Shown: positions 55,408 to 64,000 of the stretch, piece by piece | Position numbering within the stretch: position 1 is the stretch's first letter | How the letters are laid out: every line of letters begins with the position of its first letter | Origin: Savitreella phatthalungensis | Taxonomy: Eukaryota | Length of the DNA stretch: 64,000 bases | Reading direction: 5' to 3' | Assembly (NCBI GenBank): GCA_051599415.1 | Contig: AP039690.1 | Span: 620,001-684,000 of the forward strand | Position numbers and translations under genes: made by a program | Notes under the pieces: generated by a model | The model's input: only the letters and a program-made list of their open reading frames with translations | Told to the model about the DNA's origin: nothing | The model's database searches: none

Positions 55408-58400
55408 CTACACGGCTTGCTGCCACTGCTCATCCGAGCCATATCCTCCTTCTTCTCCTTCCTCCTCTTCCTCATCAACGTCCTCGACGTCAGTCTCGTC
55501 CATGAGGAACTGTGTTCTCTGATCTGCGGTGCCGTTGTGTTTTCTGTCGACTGCTGCTATCCTCTCTGGGTCGTTTGATAGTAGATCTTGATCGTCATTC
55601 TCGATCCAGAATCCTGGCCTTGCTTGGATTTGTCCTGTTGCTGCATACTCCTCTGCGATTTGGGTTGCTAGGGAGGCATCCCCGCTCGTCATATGCCATG
55701 CTTCTCTCAACAGCGATTTCCCGATCTTGAGTCGGTCGGCTTCGCGATCAAGCCAGGCGTTACGCCGCTCCGTTCGCCCACGTGACCTCACACCGACCTC
55801 CTCATCCTCCTCTCCGCCAAACACGGCCTCCGTCAATGCCGATGACGTCGACTCCTCAACCAACTGGGCAACTGCAGCGCCAGCCACCTCCATCGCAACC
55901 TCTACCGCCGCCTTGATATTCGCACCCTCCACCACCGTCGCTACCTCCAGGTCCTCTTGTAACTGTGCCCGAGCTTCGTTCTCGATCGCTGCTTCTGCCT
56001 GGGGTGCCGCTGCTGGGATGACCACCTCCTCGGAGGTCTCAATCACCGCCGCGAGCGGCACGGTCTGTTGAGTCGCAGACACCTCAGGTTGAGCTGGACG
56101 TCGCTTGGTCGGACTGACAGATTGCTTTCTCGGACTTGAACGCTGCTTCGCTGGACTGGCCGGCGACGGTGTAGGCGGATCAGGTCTGAGAGAGGGTTGC
56201 GCTGTCGGCGGTGGCGTTGTTGTTGATGACGGTGCGACGGCCCCGTCGGTGCTCTGTGGCGGTACGTTCTCGTGCGAGATAGCCGGGGGAGCACGCTGGC
56301 TGGCGTCTGGCGTCGGTGCACGCTTTGGTGGCATGGTGGATCGGCGTGGCGGCGACGACGACGACGACTGTTGTGAGAAGGCAGGGGCCTGCTTGCGCCG
56401 CGGCGATACAGATCGAAGACGTTCTGAGAGCGGCCGCTGCTGAGTGGTCGTCTCGGCGATGAGCAAAGGCGCCGCCTCGAGGACGATCGATGCAGCCACA
56501 ATCGTATCTACATCTGCTTCCGCTTCTGCATCTGCTTCCGCCACATCCGTCAGCTCCTGCAGCGGATTCCGCTTAAGTGAACCCGTCAAGAGCTCTTTGG
56601 CGCGCTCAACGGATTGTGGCTCCTCGTGATCGCGCCCGCCGCGACGAGTGCGACGCGTTTGGATGGGCGTATTTTGCGTCGATGCTGCCTGCTGGCGCGT
56701 CTGCCGATGATGTGCTTGTGCTTCCTGGTTGCTCGGGAAATTCTCGTTGCTGCTGTCTGCGGTCGACGTCGGTTCGACGCTGGCTGCACGGCGCGCTGAC
56801 CGACGCAACGCGATGGATGGTGACGACGGCGGCGAGACTTGAATCGCCGACAACTCAGCAGCTTTGTCAACACTCGAACGTAACTTCTTGTGGTGCGACA
56901 ACGTCTTCTCGTGGTGTTGCTGCTTTGCCGACTTGGCTTGTGCAACCGTGTGACTTGCGGGCGTCTGCGGCACGGTTTCAGTCTCGACCAGATCTGCGGC
57001 TCTTCCCTTGCCTTTGGCTTTGGCTGGCGTGGCCGTAGGCGCCTCGTTGGTTCGACGCCTAGCAGCAGTAGCCTTACTAATTGTCCTCTTCGGTGATACT
57101 GGCACATTCACTCTGCGTGCGCTTCGTTTCGGGCGCTTCGCAGGACGCTCTTCTTCTGCTTCCTCTTCCTCCTCCTCTTCTTCACCATCGTCACTGTCCT
57201 CAATGTCGGAGACAGGAGCGACGACTTCATCTGCACCGCGGTCGTGTACATTGATTTTGCGCTTGCCGGACTCACCGTACGATGGACGGCTTGTGTTGAT
57301 GACGACTTGTGCGTTGGCGGTGGTCGGACGCCGCGAGTGTGTCTTCTTCGGCGGTCGACCGCGTTTGCGCTTCGGTGGGCTGGAAAGGATCTCGCTGCTT
57401 TCGATGCCGAGGAGCTGAGTAGACATGGCGGCGTCGTCCTCTGCATCCTCCATGGACATGTCGGCTTGCCCGTCAACGCTGACAGCTCTCGTGCCCACAG
57501 CCTGTGGATATCGACCTCCGTTGGCTCTCTTGATGTCCTGGGCACGATCACGCCACGCTTGCCACGAGTGCTGTGTGTGATCGAACGCGATTCCCTTGAA
57601 GGTGAGATCGTTCTCGCCTGACATCCCGATAGCGCTGAGGATCAATGCATCTTCTTGCGCGGTGAATAACGATTCTGCAGAGGCGGATGGCCGATTGCTC
57701 AAGCGCGAAATGGAGTCTTCGTCTTTCGAAAGTCGGGCGGCACCCACGTGATCATCTTCCTCGGCGGTCGCAGCTGAAGAGCCGCGTGCCACCGATGGAC
57801 TTCCGAGACGCTGCTGCTGTAGAGTCTGTTGTCTCGGCCTTGCAGCAAGCGATGCGATACTCCTCTGGGCGCGAGTGTCCCGCAGCGATGAGCGATTCGT
57901 TAGATTCTTCTCGTCCTCTTCGAGCGCAAGATCGGTCTCCAATGTGGGCTCTCCCCACAGCGGTTTGAGGTAGCGCAAGTACCGGTCCCGCCACGAATGA
58001 AAGGTGTGTGATGGGTATTCCTGCGCGATGAGCTTGTAGATCTTGTTACCACTCGTCGCCACATCTGTGCGGTGGACCACTCGTCGGAGCAACTTGTCGT
58101 CCTCGTGCGTAAATACGTTGCGAGAGCCCTTGCCAGAGATTGCGGTACGGTCGACAAAGAGCGCTGCTCGACGATTAGCACTAGGCGAAGCTGCAGTGTA
58201 GGGTGAGAGGAAGCGCGGTTGTTGGGGTTCAGGCCGACTTTCTTGCTCCGTCGCCGCATCTTCTGTCTCGTCATCGTCGTCCTCAGCAGTATCTCCCAGT
58301 CTGTTGTTGATCCAGAAAGCCCTTTTGTCGACAACCTTGCCTTCACTGATGCAGGCATCTACCCATGCGGGAGACACGAAGTCTCCAACATAGAGCCTTG

Positions 58401-58854
58401 GAGCATTTGGGTTGCCGATCTTGATACATCCAGCCACGATCTCGCTCGAGCAAGGCCTTCCTCCGTACTGTCGAATCTTGGCAAGGAGATCCTTTCGATG
58501 ATCAATTGTGTTGGCAACGAAGATTCGCAGCTGTTCGCCTGACGGTGTGATGAAGATCGGTGACGGCTGCTCCTGTTCTGCGTCAGGTGCCGGCTCAGCG
58601 AGTACAGGATTATTTTCAGCCGCCTCCTGTGCCGGCACGACTGTTCCATCCTGATTGATGTGAGCAGACGCCACGTCCTGCGCAGCCTCTTGTGCAGGCA
58701 CCTCTGCTGCCACCTCTGGCTCCTGTGGGGCCTGCTGGGAGTTCATTGACTGTGCCGGAGCTTGCTCATTACCTTCTGCCGGCATGTCGTTGACGGCAAC
58801 TTGAGACGCAGGCGTCTCGGCAGCCTCGGAAGGCTGTGTTGAGACCCCTGCCAT
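55408..58854 (-). CDS. RAP1: Telomere protein Rap1 (BRCT, Myb, second Myb-like, AT-hook, RCT)
   Basis: BRCT (KIRQYGG...SPAWVDACI), Rap1-Myb (RNVFTHEDD...SGNKIYKLIAQEYPSHTFHSWRDRYLRYL), C-terminal RCT (TSGD..LA...GFWIENDDQDL...KH...RTQFL). Start MAGVST at 58854. Confidence 0.88.
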   Translation of the reverse strand: MAGVSTQPSEAAETPASQVAVNDMPAEGNEQAPAQSMNSQQAPQEPEVAAEVPAQEAAQDVASAHINQDGTVVPAQEAAENNPVLAEPAPDAEQEQPSPIFITPSGEQLRIFVANTIDHRKDLLAKIRQYGGRPCSSEIVAGCIKIGNPNAPRLYVGDFVSPAWVDACISEGKVVDKRAFWINNRLGDTAEDDDDETEDAATEQESRPEPQQPRFLSPYTAASPSANRRAALFVDRTAISGKGSRNVFTHEDDKLLRRVVHRTDVATSGNKIYKLIAQEYPSHTFHSWRDRYLRYLKPLWGEPTLETDLALEEDEKNLTNRSSLRDTRAQRSIASLAARPRQQTLQQQRLGSPSVARGSSAATAEEDDHVGAARLSKDEDSISRLSNRPSASAESLFTAQEDALILSAIGMSGENDLTFKGIAFDHTQHSWQAWRDRAQDIKRANGGRYPQAVGTRAVSVDGQADMSMEDAEDDAAMSTQLLGIESSEILSSPPKRKRGRPPKKTHSRRPTTANAQVVINTSRPSYGESGKRKINVHDRGADEVVAPVSDIEDSDDGEEEEEEEEAEEERPAKRPKRSARRVNVPVSPKRTISKATAARRRTNEAPTATPAKAKGKGRAADLVETETVPQTPASHTVAQAKSAKQQHHEKTLSHHKKLRSSVDKAAELSAIQVSPPSSPSIALRRSARRAASVEPTSTADSSNENFPSNQEAQAHHRQTRQQAASTQNTPIQTRRTRRGGRDHEEPQSVERAKELLTGSLKRNPLQELTDVAEADAEAEADVDTIVAASIVLEAAPLLIAETTTQQRPLSERLRSVSPRRKQAPAFSQQSSSSSPPRRSTMPPKRAPTPDASQRAPPAISHENVPPQSTDGAVAPSSTTTPPPTAQPSLRPDPPTPSPASPAKQRSSPRKQSVSPTKRRPAQPEVSATQQTVPLAAVIETSEEVVIPAAAPQAEAAIENEARAQLQEDLEVATVVEGANIKAAVEVAMEVAGAAVAQLVEESTSSALTEAVFGGEEDEEVGVRSRGRTERRNAWLDREADRLKIGKSLLREAWHMTSGDASLATQIAEEYAATGQIQARPGFWIENDDQDLLSNDPERIAAVDRKHNGTADQRTQFLMDETDVEDVDEEEEEGEEGGYGSDEQWQQAV

Positions 58855-58914
58855 AGTCCTCGGACTACTGCTCTGACGCTGTAATTTGACAGACGTAGAT
58901 GAGGTCAATTGAGG

Positions 58915-58973
58915 ACGCGTCGTGACGCGCACTGCATAGCCTGGATTTGACAATCTGTTGTGATTAACCCTAA
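58915..58973. promoter_or_regulatory. MCB (ACGCGT, 58915-58920) and telomere-repeat motif TAACCCTAA (58965-58973) in the RAP1/AOS1 divergent promoter
   Basis: Direct reading; function inferred. Confidence 0.35.
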
Positions 58974-59183
58974 GTTGAGTTTCCTCGGCTAACTTGTGGT
59001 AAAAGCGATCAGTAAAATTCACCTCGACATTTCACTCACGTGCACAAGTCACTCACCGGCTCCATCTGGGCAAGCTCTTCAGCGTACGAGTGCACGAAGG
59101 GCACATCGAAGAAGACGTCCACGCGGCTAGAGTCTAGTGCAGCCCGACGTGGGGCAGTGTCCGCCCTTTCCAGATCAGGACTC

Positions 59184-60197
59184 ATGGCGTCGAAAGACAC
59201 CGCCGACGTGCCTGTGGAGGGCTCTAAAGGAATATCCGCTGAGGAAATTGCCCTGTATGATCGGCAGATTCGACTATGGGGTATGGCTGCTCAGGAACGG
59301 ATGCGGAGTGCTCGGTTGCTTGTGATTGCATGCAATGCAGTGGCTGAGGAGCTTGTGAAGAATGTCGTTCTGGCTGGCATCGGCTCTGTAGTGCTGCTGG
59401 ATGAGAAGACGCTGACGCTCGAGGACTTGAGCGCTCGCTTCCTCGCCCGTCCTTCTGAGCTTGGGAAACCTCGTGCGGAAGCAATCGCCGAGCGAGCCAG
59501 AGAACTCAATCCACGAGTCAATATCACCACAGACGTGCGAGCAATTGCAGACGTTGACGACGCTTTCATCGCCGAGTTCGAGTGCGTGGTCGCGCTCGAC
59601 CAGGATTATGACACGTTAGAGCGTTTGGATCGCGTTTGTCGGGATGCTGGCAAGGCATTCTATGCTGCAGAGTGTCCCGGATTCTATGGATACTGCTTTG
59701 CTGATCTGGGTTCACATGACTTTGTTGTCGAGCAGGAAGAATTGGACAGGTTGACCGGAGAGCGTAAGAAGAAGACGATATCGATGCATGAGGACTTTCC
59801 GCCGCTCAAAACCGCGTTCGCCTCGAACTTTGCCACTAAACTGCGCCCGAAGATGCTGAAGAAAGTGATGCCGCTTCTACCGTGCTTCCTGACACTGTTG
59901 AAGTGGCGGTCAGCCCATGGTGGTGCCAGCCCAACTGATGACGATGCCACAGCTTTTGAAGCAGAGGTGCACAAGACTGCTTCTGGACTTGGGCTTCCCG
60001 ATGGACACGTTGCAGAAGAAAATATTACCGCGTTTCTGCGGAATCTCGGCTGCGAGTTGTCAGCAGTGGTGTCAGTCGTGGGCGGTGTACTCGGACAAGA
60101 TGTTTTGAACACGTTGTCACGTCGCGAGCTGCCTCTTCAAAACATGCTCGTATTTGACGGCGAGACGTGCGAAGCGCCCATTTACCGACTCCACTGA
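59184..60197 (+). CDS. AOS1: SUMO-activating enzyme E1 subunit Aos1/Rad31/SAE1
   Basis: EIALYDRQIRLWG..AQERM, KNVVLAGIG, LNPRV, GYCFADLG, VVGGVLGQDVLN..PLQN..FDG; start MASKD at 59184. Confidence 0.92.
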   Translation: MASKDTADVPVEGSKGISAEEIALYDRQIRLWGMAAQERMRSARLLVIACNAVAEELVKNVVLAGIGSVVLLDEKTLTLEDLSARFLARPSELGKPRAEAIAERARELNPRVNITTDVRAIADVDDAFIAEFECVVALDQDYDTLERLDRVCRDAGKAFYAAECPGFYGYCFADLGSHDFVVEQEELDRLTGERKKKTISMHEDFPPLKTAFASNFATKLRPKMLKKVMPLLPCFLTLLKWRSAHGGASPTDDDATAFEAEVHKTASGLGLPDGHVAEENITAFLRNLGCELSAVVSVVGGVLGQDVLNTLSRRELPLQNMLVFDGETCEAPIYRLH

Positions 60198-60334
60198 GCT
60201 TACATGGGCACGCTGACCTGAACTGCATTTCCACGACACGACCGATACAGCATTTGCTCGGAGAGGAATACCATTGAAAGAATGAGGATGATTGAAGAAG
60301 AAAGTAAGGAACTGGCTGCCGCTGAGCTTAAATG

Positions 60335-62509
60335 CTAGACCTGGGAGGTCGCAATGAGACGATCTAAAATGAGCCCGCCGACGAGGAAGAAAAGGCGGTA
60401 GGTAAGAAGGAAGAATATGACGAGGGAAAGAATGACTGCGAGTGCGAATCTGGCATTGGAGATGCCTGTTCCGGAAGCTGTGCCTGTAACTCGGCGACCT
60501 GCCCAGACGCCTGTCCACCTCCAGAACGAAGCGATCATTCTTGTGGAAGTATGAGCACGCATCCGTTCGCCAGCACGCTGGATTAACGCTCCGTCAGATT
60601 CTCGGACCTCCCACGCATCGCGCTGACGTGCGATCTGCTCGCCGCTAAGCCAAAGGCCGTGTAGTCCATACGGTACGCGCTGTGGCAAGCGGATGACTGC
60701 AAGTGCGGGCAGGGAGAAAGTGCGTGCATCGATGATCCAGACCTCGGAACCGCGGTCATCCGGGGCGTCATGCGTCACCTCGTCCTCGTAGGCCTCGTTG
60801 TAAATATGGCATAAGATGACTCCATCGTCTTCTGCTGTAGCGTTGGTCTCAACCCGCGGAACGAAGGTCATCTCACTGGCATAGTGATTGGCTGGCAATA
60901 TGATTGTCTTGACGTGGGGAGACGATGGGGGTGTGCGCGATGTCGTTTGGTCAACATCCTTTGGCGGGTCTTCAATGAGGGCTTGAATGTCGCATTTGAC
61001 AAGCACATCGATCTTTGCTGCTTTGAGCGCAGTGTCAAAACTGCCCTCCCGCATGGATGCTCCGTAGCAGAAGCGATTGCGAAGTCCCAGTTTCCGGGTA
61101 TCGATTGACGGGTACTCAATCGGGAAGTCGGATAAAGGTTCAGCATGCGTGACTTGCCCAGAGCGCAAGTCGAAGCGGTAGTGAAATAGATGGACCACAT
61201 CCGGACCACTGGACTCTTCCGACACCGGTATGTCGACTGCACCGGCAGCGTAGACAAGCTTCGCACCCTTGAAGCGACACGCCACAAGATGCACTGCCAC
61301 GACCTCCTCGGATTCCTTGTCTAATTCGTCCCAGGCGTTGACGGTGTGGAAGATCATGCATGCTTCGTGCTCGAACCACTGGACGGTTTCGTCCATCTGG
61401 CTCCCCGCGAGGTCACGGCGGACGATGCCGAAGCGTGACTGGAGCAGGCTGTCGAAGTAGAGCATCGGCGATCCACTGACAACGTTGAATGGGGACATGG
61501 TGAGTGGTAGATCTAGAATGACTGCACGAGTTTGAGTGATGGCAAAGTCATGCATCATCTTCGGCTTACTGCCCGGCTTCAGGTGAATAGGCTGTTGGAA
61601 GACCTTGTGTCGACCCTGAGCATCGACGATCGACAGACGAATATATGGATTCCGGAGCTGGAAGATGCCGTATCCAAACATGATGAGCTCCTTGGTGACT
61701 GGATCCACTTTCGGATGGCCAGTGATCCACTCGCTGGAGGAGCCAGGGACATGCGATAGTCCGTTACCATGATCATCCCGGAAGAGATGCCAGTCCACTG
61801 TATCCAGGCTTGGAGCTGTGATCTGCATCGGTGGGCCACTTTCACATGTGGCGAGGACTCGTCCATCATGATAGACGAGCGCTGTATTGGCTGTCGAGAG
61901 TCGAGATGAGCCTGAGAGGAAGGCTATGGCGCCAGAGCGCAAGATGCTTCTGAGAATGGAAACTGTGCCCTTCAAGGGGTCGATCATGCTTGCAATGCTG
62001 GGTAGCAGATTGATGCCCCAGAATTGACTCGCAAGAAACACGTCCGTGCGGATGAAGCGATTGACATAGAGCGGTGTGATTTGACCTCCTTTCTCACCAT
62101 CACGCTGGAAATAGACGCCGTGCACCATACCGTCCCCGTCAAACATGTGATAGTTTGCTCCAGGCTCTGGTGGAATAGCGCTATTGGGACCGTTGCGCAC
62201 AAATTGGCCGTATGCGAGGAATTCGGGAATGGTGCCATGGACGAGATGACAGGGCTCTAGATGCATCTCGCGCATTTGTGGCCAATAATTGCCTGAGAGA
62301 TATGGATGCTGTGAACGATGAGATTTTGAGCTGGAGCGCTGAACGCGTGCATCTTCCAGACGCGAGCCTACAGCGAGTTCTTCCATGTCGCTATCTGGCA
62401 AGAGCTGTGGATCTGCAGAGGTGCTGCCTGTTGGATCTAGACAGTGTGCTAATGGTGCAGAGATATGTGGAGTGCTCGGAATGACGAGCTTCGGGTATTG
62501 TTCTGTCAT
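60335..62509 (-). CDS. Carotenoid cleavage oxygenase (RPE65/CCD family, CarX-like) with C-terminal hydrophobic helix
   Basis: RNGPN, HMFDGDGMVH, four Fe-ligand His contexts (GHPKVDP, MMHDFAIT, IFHTVNAWD, PYGLHGLW), EYPSID. Confidence 0.9.
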   Translation of the reverse strand: MTEQYPKLVIPSTPHISAPLAHCLDPTGSTSADPQLLPDSDMEELAVGSRLEDARVQRSSSKSHRSQHPYLSGNYWPQMREMHLEPCHLVHGTIPEFLAYGQFVRNGPNSAIPPEPGANYHMFDGDGMVHGVYFQRDGEKGGQITPLYVNRFIRTDVFLASQFWGINLLPSIASMIDPLKGTVSILRSILRSGAIAFLSGSSRLSTANTALVYHDGRVLATCESGPPMQITAPSLDTVDWHLFRDDHGNGLSHVPGSSSEWITGHPKVDPVTKELIMFGYGIFQLRNPYIRLSIVDAQGRHKVFQQPIHLKPGSKPKMMHDFAITQTRAVILDLPLTMSPFNVVSGSPMLYFDSLLQSRFGIVRRDLAGSQMDETVQWFEHEACMIFHTVNAWDELDKESEEVVAVHLVACRFKGAKLVYAAGAVDIPVSEESSGPDVVHLFHYRFDLRSGQVTHAEPLSDFPIEYPSIDTRKLGLRNRFCYGASMREGSFDTALKAAKIDVLVKCDIQALIEDPPKDVDQTTSRTPPSSPHVKTIILPANHYASEMTFVPRVETNATAEDDGVILCHIYNEAYEDEVTHDAPDDRGSEVWIIDARTFSLPALAVIRLPQRVPYGLHGLWLSGEQIARQRDAWEVRESDGALIQRAGERMRAHTSTRMIASFWRWTGVWAGRRVTGTASGTGISNARFALAVILSLVIFFLLTYRLFFLVGGLILDRLIATSQV

Positions 62510-64000
62510 GCAGGACTCATCGTCAAGGTGTAGTCTGAGTGCTTGAAGAGACTAGAGACTGATTCGAAAGCTGGGCACTTGATGTGTCAGACAGTCATCA
62601 CGGTGTACAAGCAGACATAGACTCTTTGGAGACCCTCTTGGACTTGGACTTGCTAGTGAAACGCGCGTCGACCTGTGATGCTGGATGGATATTGAGTATA
62701 GTGGTTGATGATGTCTTCAGAACCAGAGGATGTGATGCTTGGAATTGTGAAACAGGGAGCTCTACTGCTCCGACTGTAATGCACCGACCCACTGACCTGT
62801 TGGAGATTGGATGAAACGCAAATCAGAATGAGATTACACGTCTCTGGTTAGCTGACATGTGAATGCGATCCATCTGGCCTTTTGATATCAAAGATCATCT
62901 GCTCTTCCTACGCACTCAGACTTGGATACTGACTGGTGTATAAGGTTAGGATTACAAAATTTGAAAAACACAGCCACAGACGTCATAACTCCAATTCAAG
63001 CTCGGAAAAAAATCTAACATTCACGTGCAAGTCTGCAGCAGCACTTAAAATTCCGGAGAAATGCACGCAGCAGGTCAACCCACAAACGCATAAATCGACA
63101 CAAGTAGAATCTGCGTGCCCTTCATAGAGCTTATGTGCATGACTGACTGATGTAGCGGTGTCAATGTGGCTGACCACGGCTGATCCCCATGCTGCACATA
63201 ACATATGATCGATGATGCAGACTAACGTGTTTGTACGCAAGTCTATGCAAGTATATACATGCGTTACTGTTCGTCGGTCCGCCTTCAGATGATTTCAATC
63301 ACAATGTCATCTATTGAGACTGCTTTTCCCCATGACTGCGCTTCCACTTGACTGCACGTAGAGGTTGATTGCTGTTTAATCGTTCTTTCCTGCAGCAGCA
63401 GCAACCTGACAGACTGTGGAGAGCTCCACGCTGACTCTCGTCGCGCTCTCTTAAATCATCAGTCAACGTATTAATCGGATGTCGTACGCATTCCACAATT
63501 TCCTCCTCGCTTGCCGCCAAACCAGCTCACTTTGCCATGCATCATGTCCTCAGCACAGTGCAAGCGCCGAAAGCACGCATTCCTGAATGTTTCTATTTCC
63601 AGCGCGCATTTCCATCAAGCGATTGAAGTGGATTACAGTTGATTACGCGTGATTACAAGTTGAAATAAGCTTTGTCACTTGGTAGCCTCGTTCAGGCGAT
63701 GAATCAACACTAAGAAGCTGTCGAAAACTACAAGAGTCTATGATCGCATGCTCAATTGACTCGCGTGCAAGTTCGCCATGAGCGGGTGGAGTGTCCGGTC
63801 ACACACGCATGACTCTATGTCAGATCAGCCACTGCATGGGCTGAATCGATCTGTAGTCATGTCCGGCGGCTATCCACACTATGAGATGGTCACTTGACCA
63901 GCACACAGCGCGCTTCTTTTCTTCTCAGCACACGCACGTTCATGCGTATCCGCATGGAACATGATCAGCTGAGCCGATAGAAAGAGCGCTGATCAAGTGT

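Noticed and set aside
58965..58973. Telomerase RNA template
   Set aside because: Lies in a 330-bp divergent promoter with no room for a kilobase-scale RNA; CTAACCC near 54797 is too short for a template.
2510..62509. Apparent plant-hormone cluster (auxin carrier, ABA3-like sulfurase, FT-like PEBP, HVA22, NCED-like oxygenase)
   Set aside because: All are broadly distributed fungal families whose names come from plant homologs; they are scattered over 60 kb among housekeeping genes.

Overview
Eukaryotic, fungal genomic DNA: compact, fairly GC-rich and intron-poor, with short GT-AG introns and CTRAY branch points. Gene content and layout suggest an early-diverging ascomycete such as Taphrinomycotina (inference only). 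The window holds about 30 protein-coding genes, mostly housekeeping: MRP49, an auxin-efflux-carrier-family transporter, ATG27, SKP1, Moco sulfurase hxB, a GPI-type PEBP, SER3, BMT5, FYV10/GID9, BDP1, BRE1, ARG7, a BAR-SH3 protein, a WHIM-type chromatin protein, FAP7, RPL39, swi5, ESS2, ODC carrier, MAM3, an OSH1/2-type ORP, a J-protein, KCH1, ureF, a class-3 lipase, a REEP/HVA22 protein, a PIR-repeat wall protein, RAP1, AOS1 and a carotenoid cleavage oxygenase. Four spliced genes were reconstructed by hand because the ORF track misses or truncates them: the gene at the left edge, SKP1, RPL39 and ureF. No tRNA, rRNA, CRISPR array or intact transposon was recognised. The best leads are (1) a strongly foldable, splice-signal-bounded element at 47847-48003 outside any annotated CDS, (2) a Rap1 with two Myb-like repeats plus an AT-hook and a telomere-repeat motif in its promoter, (3) a possible spliced small secreted Cys-rich protein at 45854-46298, and (4) a secreted, GPI-signal PEBP. 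Family calls come from motif recognition, not database searches. I cannot claim that a novel system is demonstrated here.
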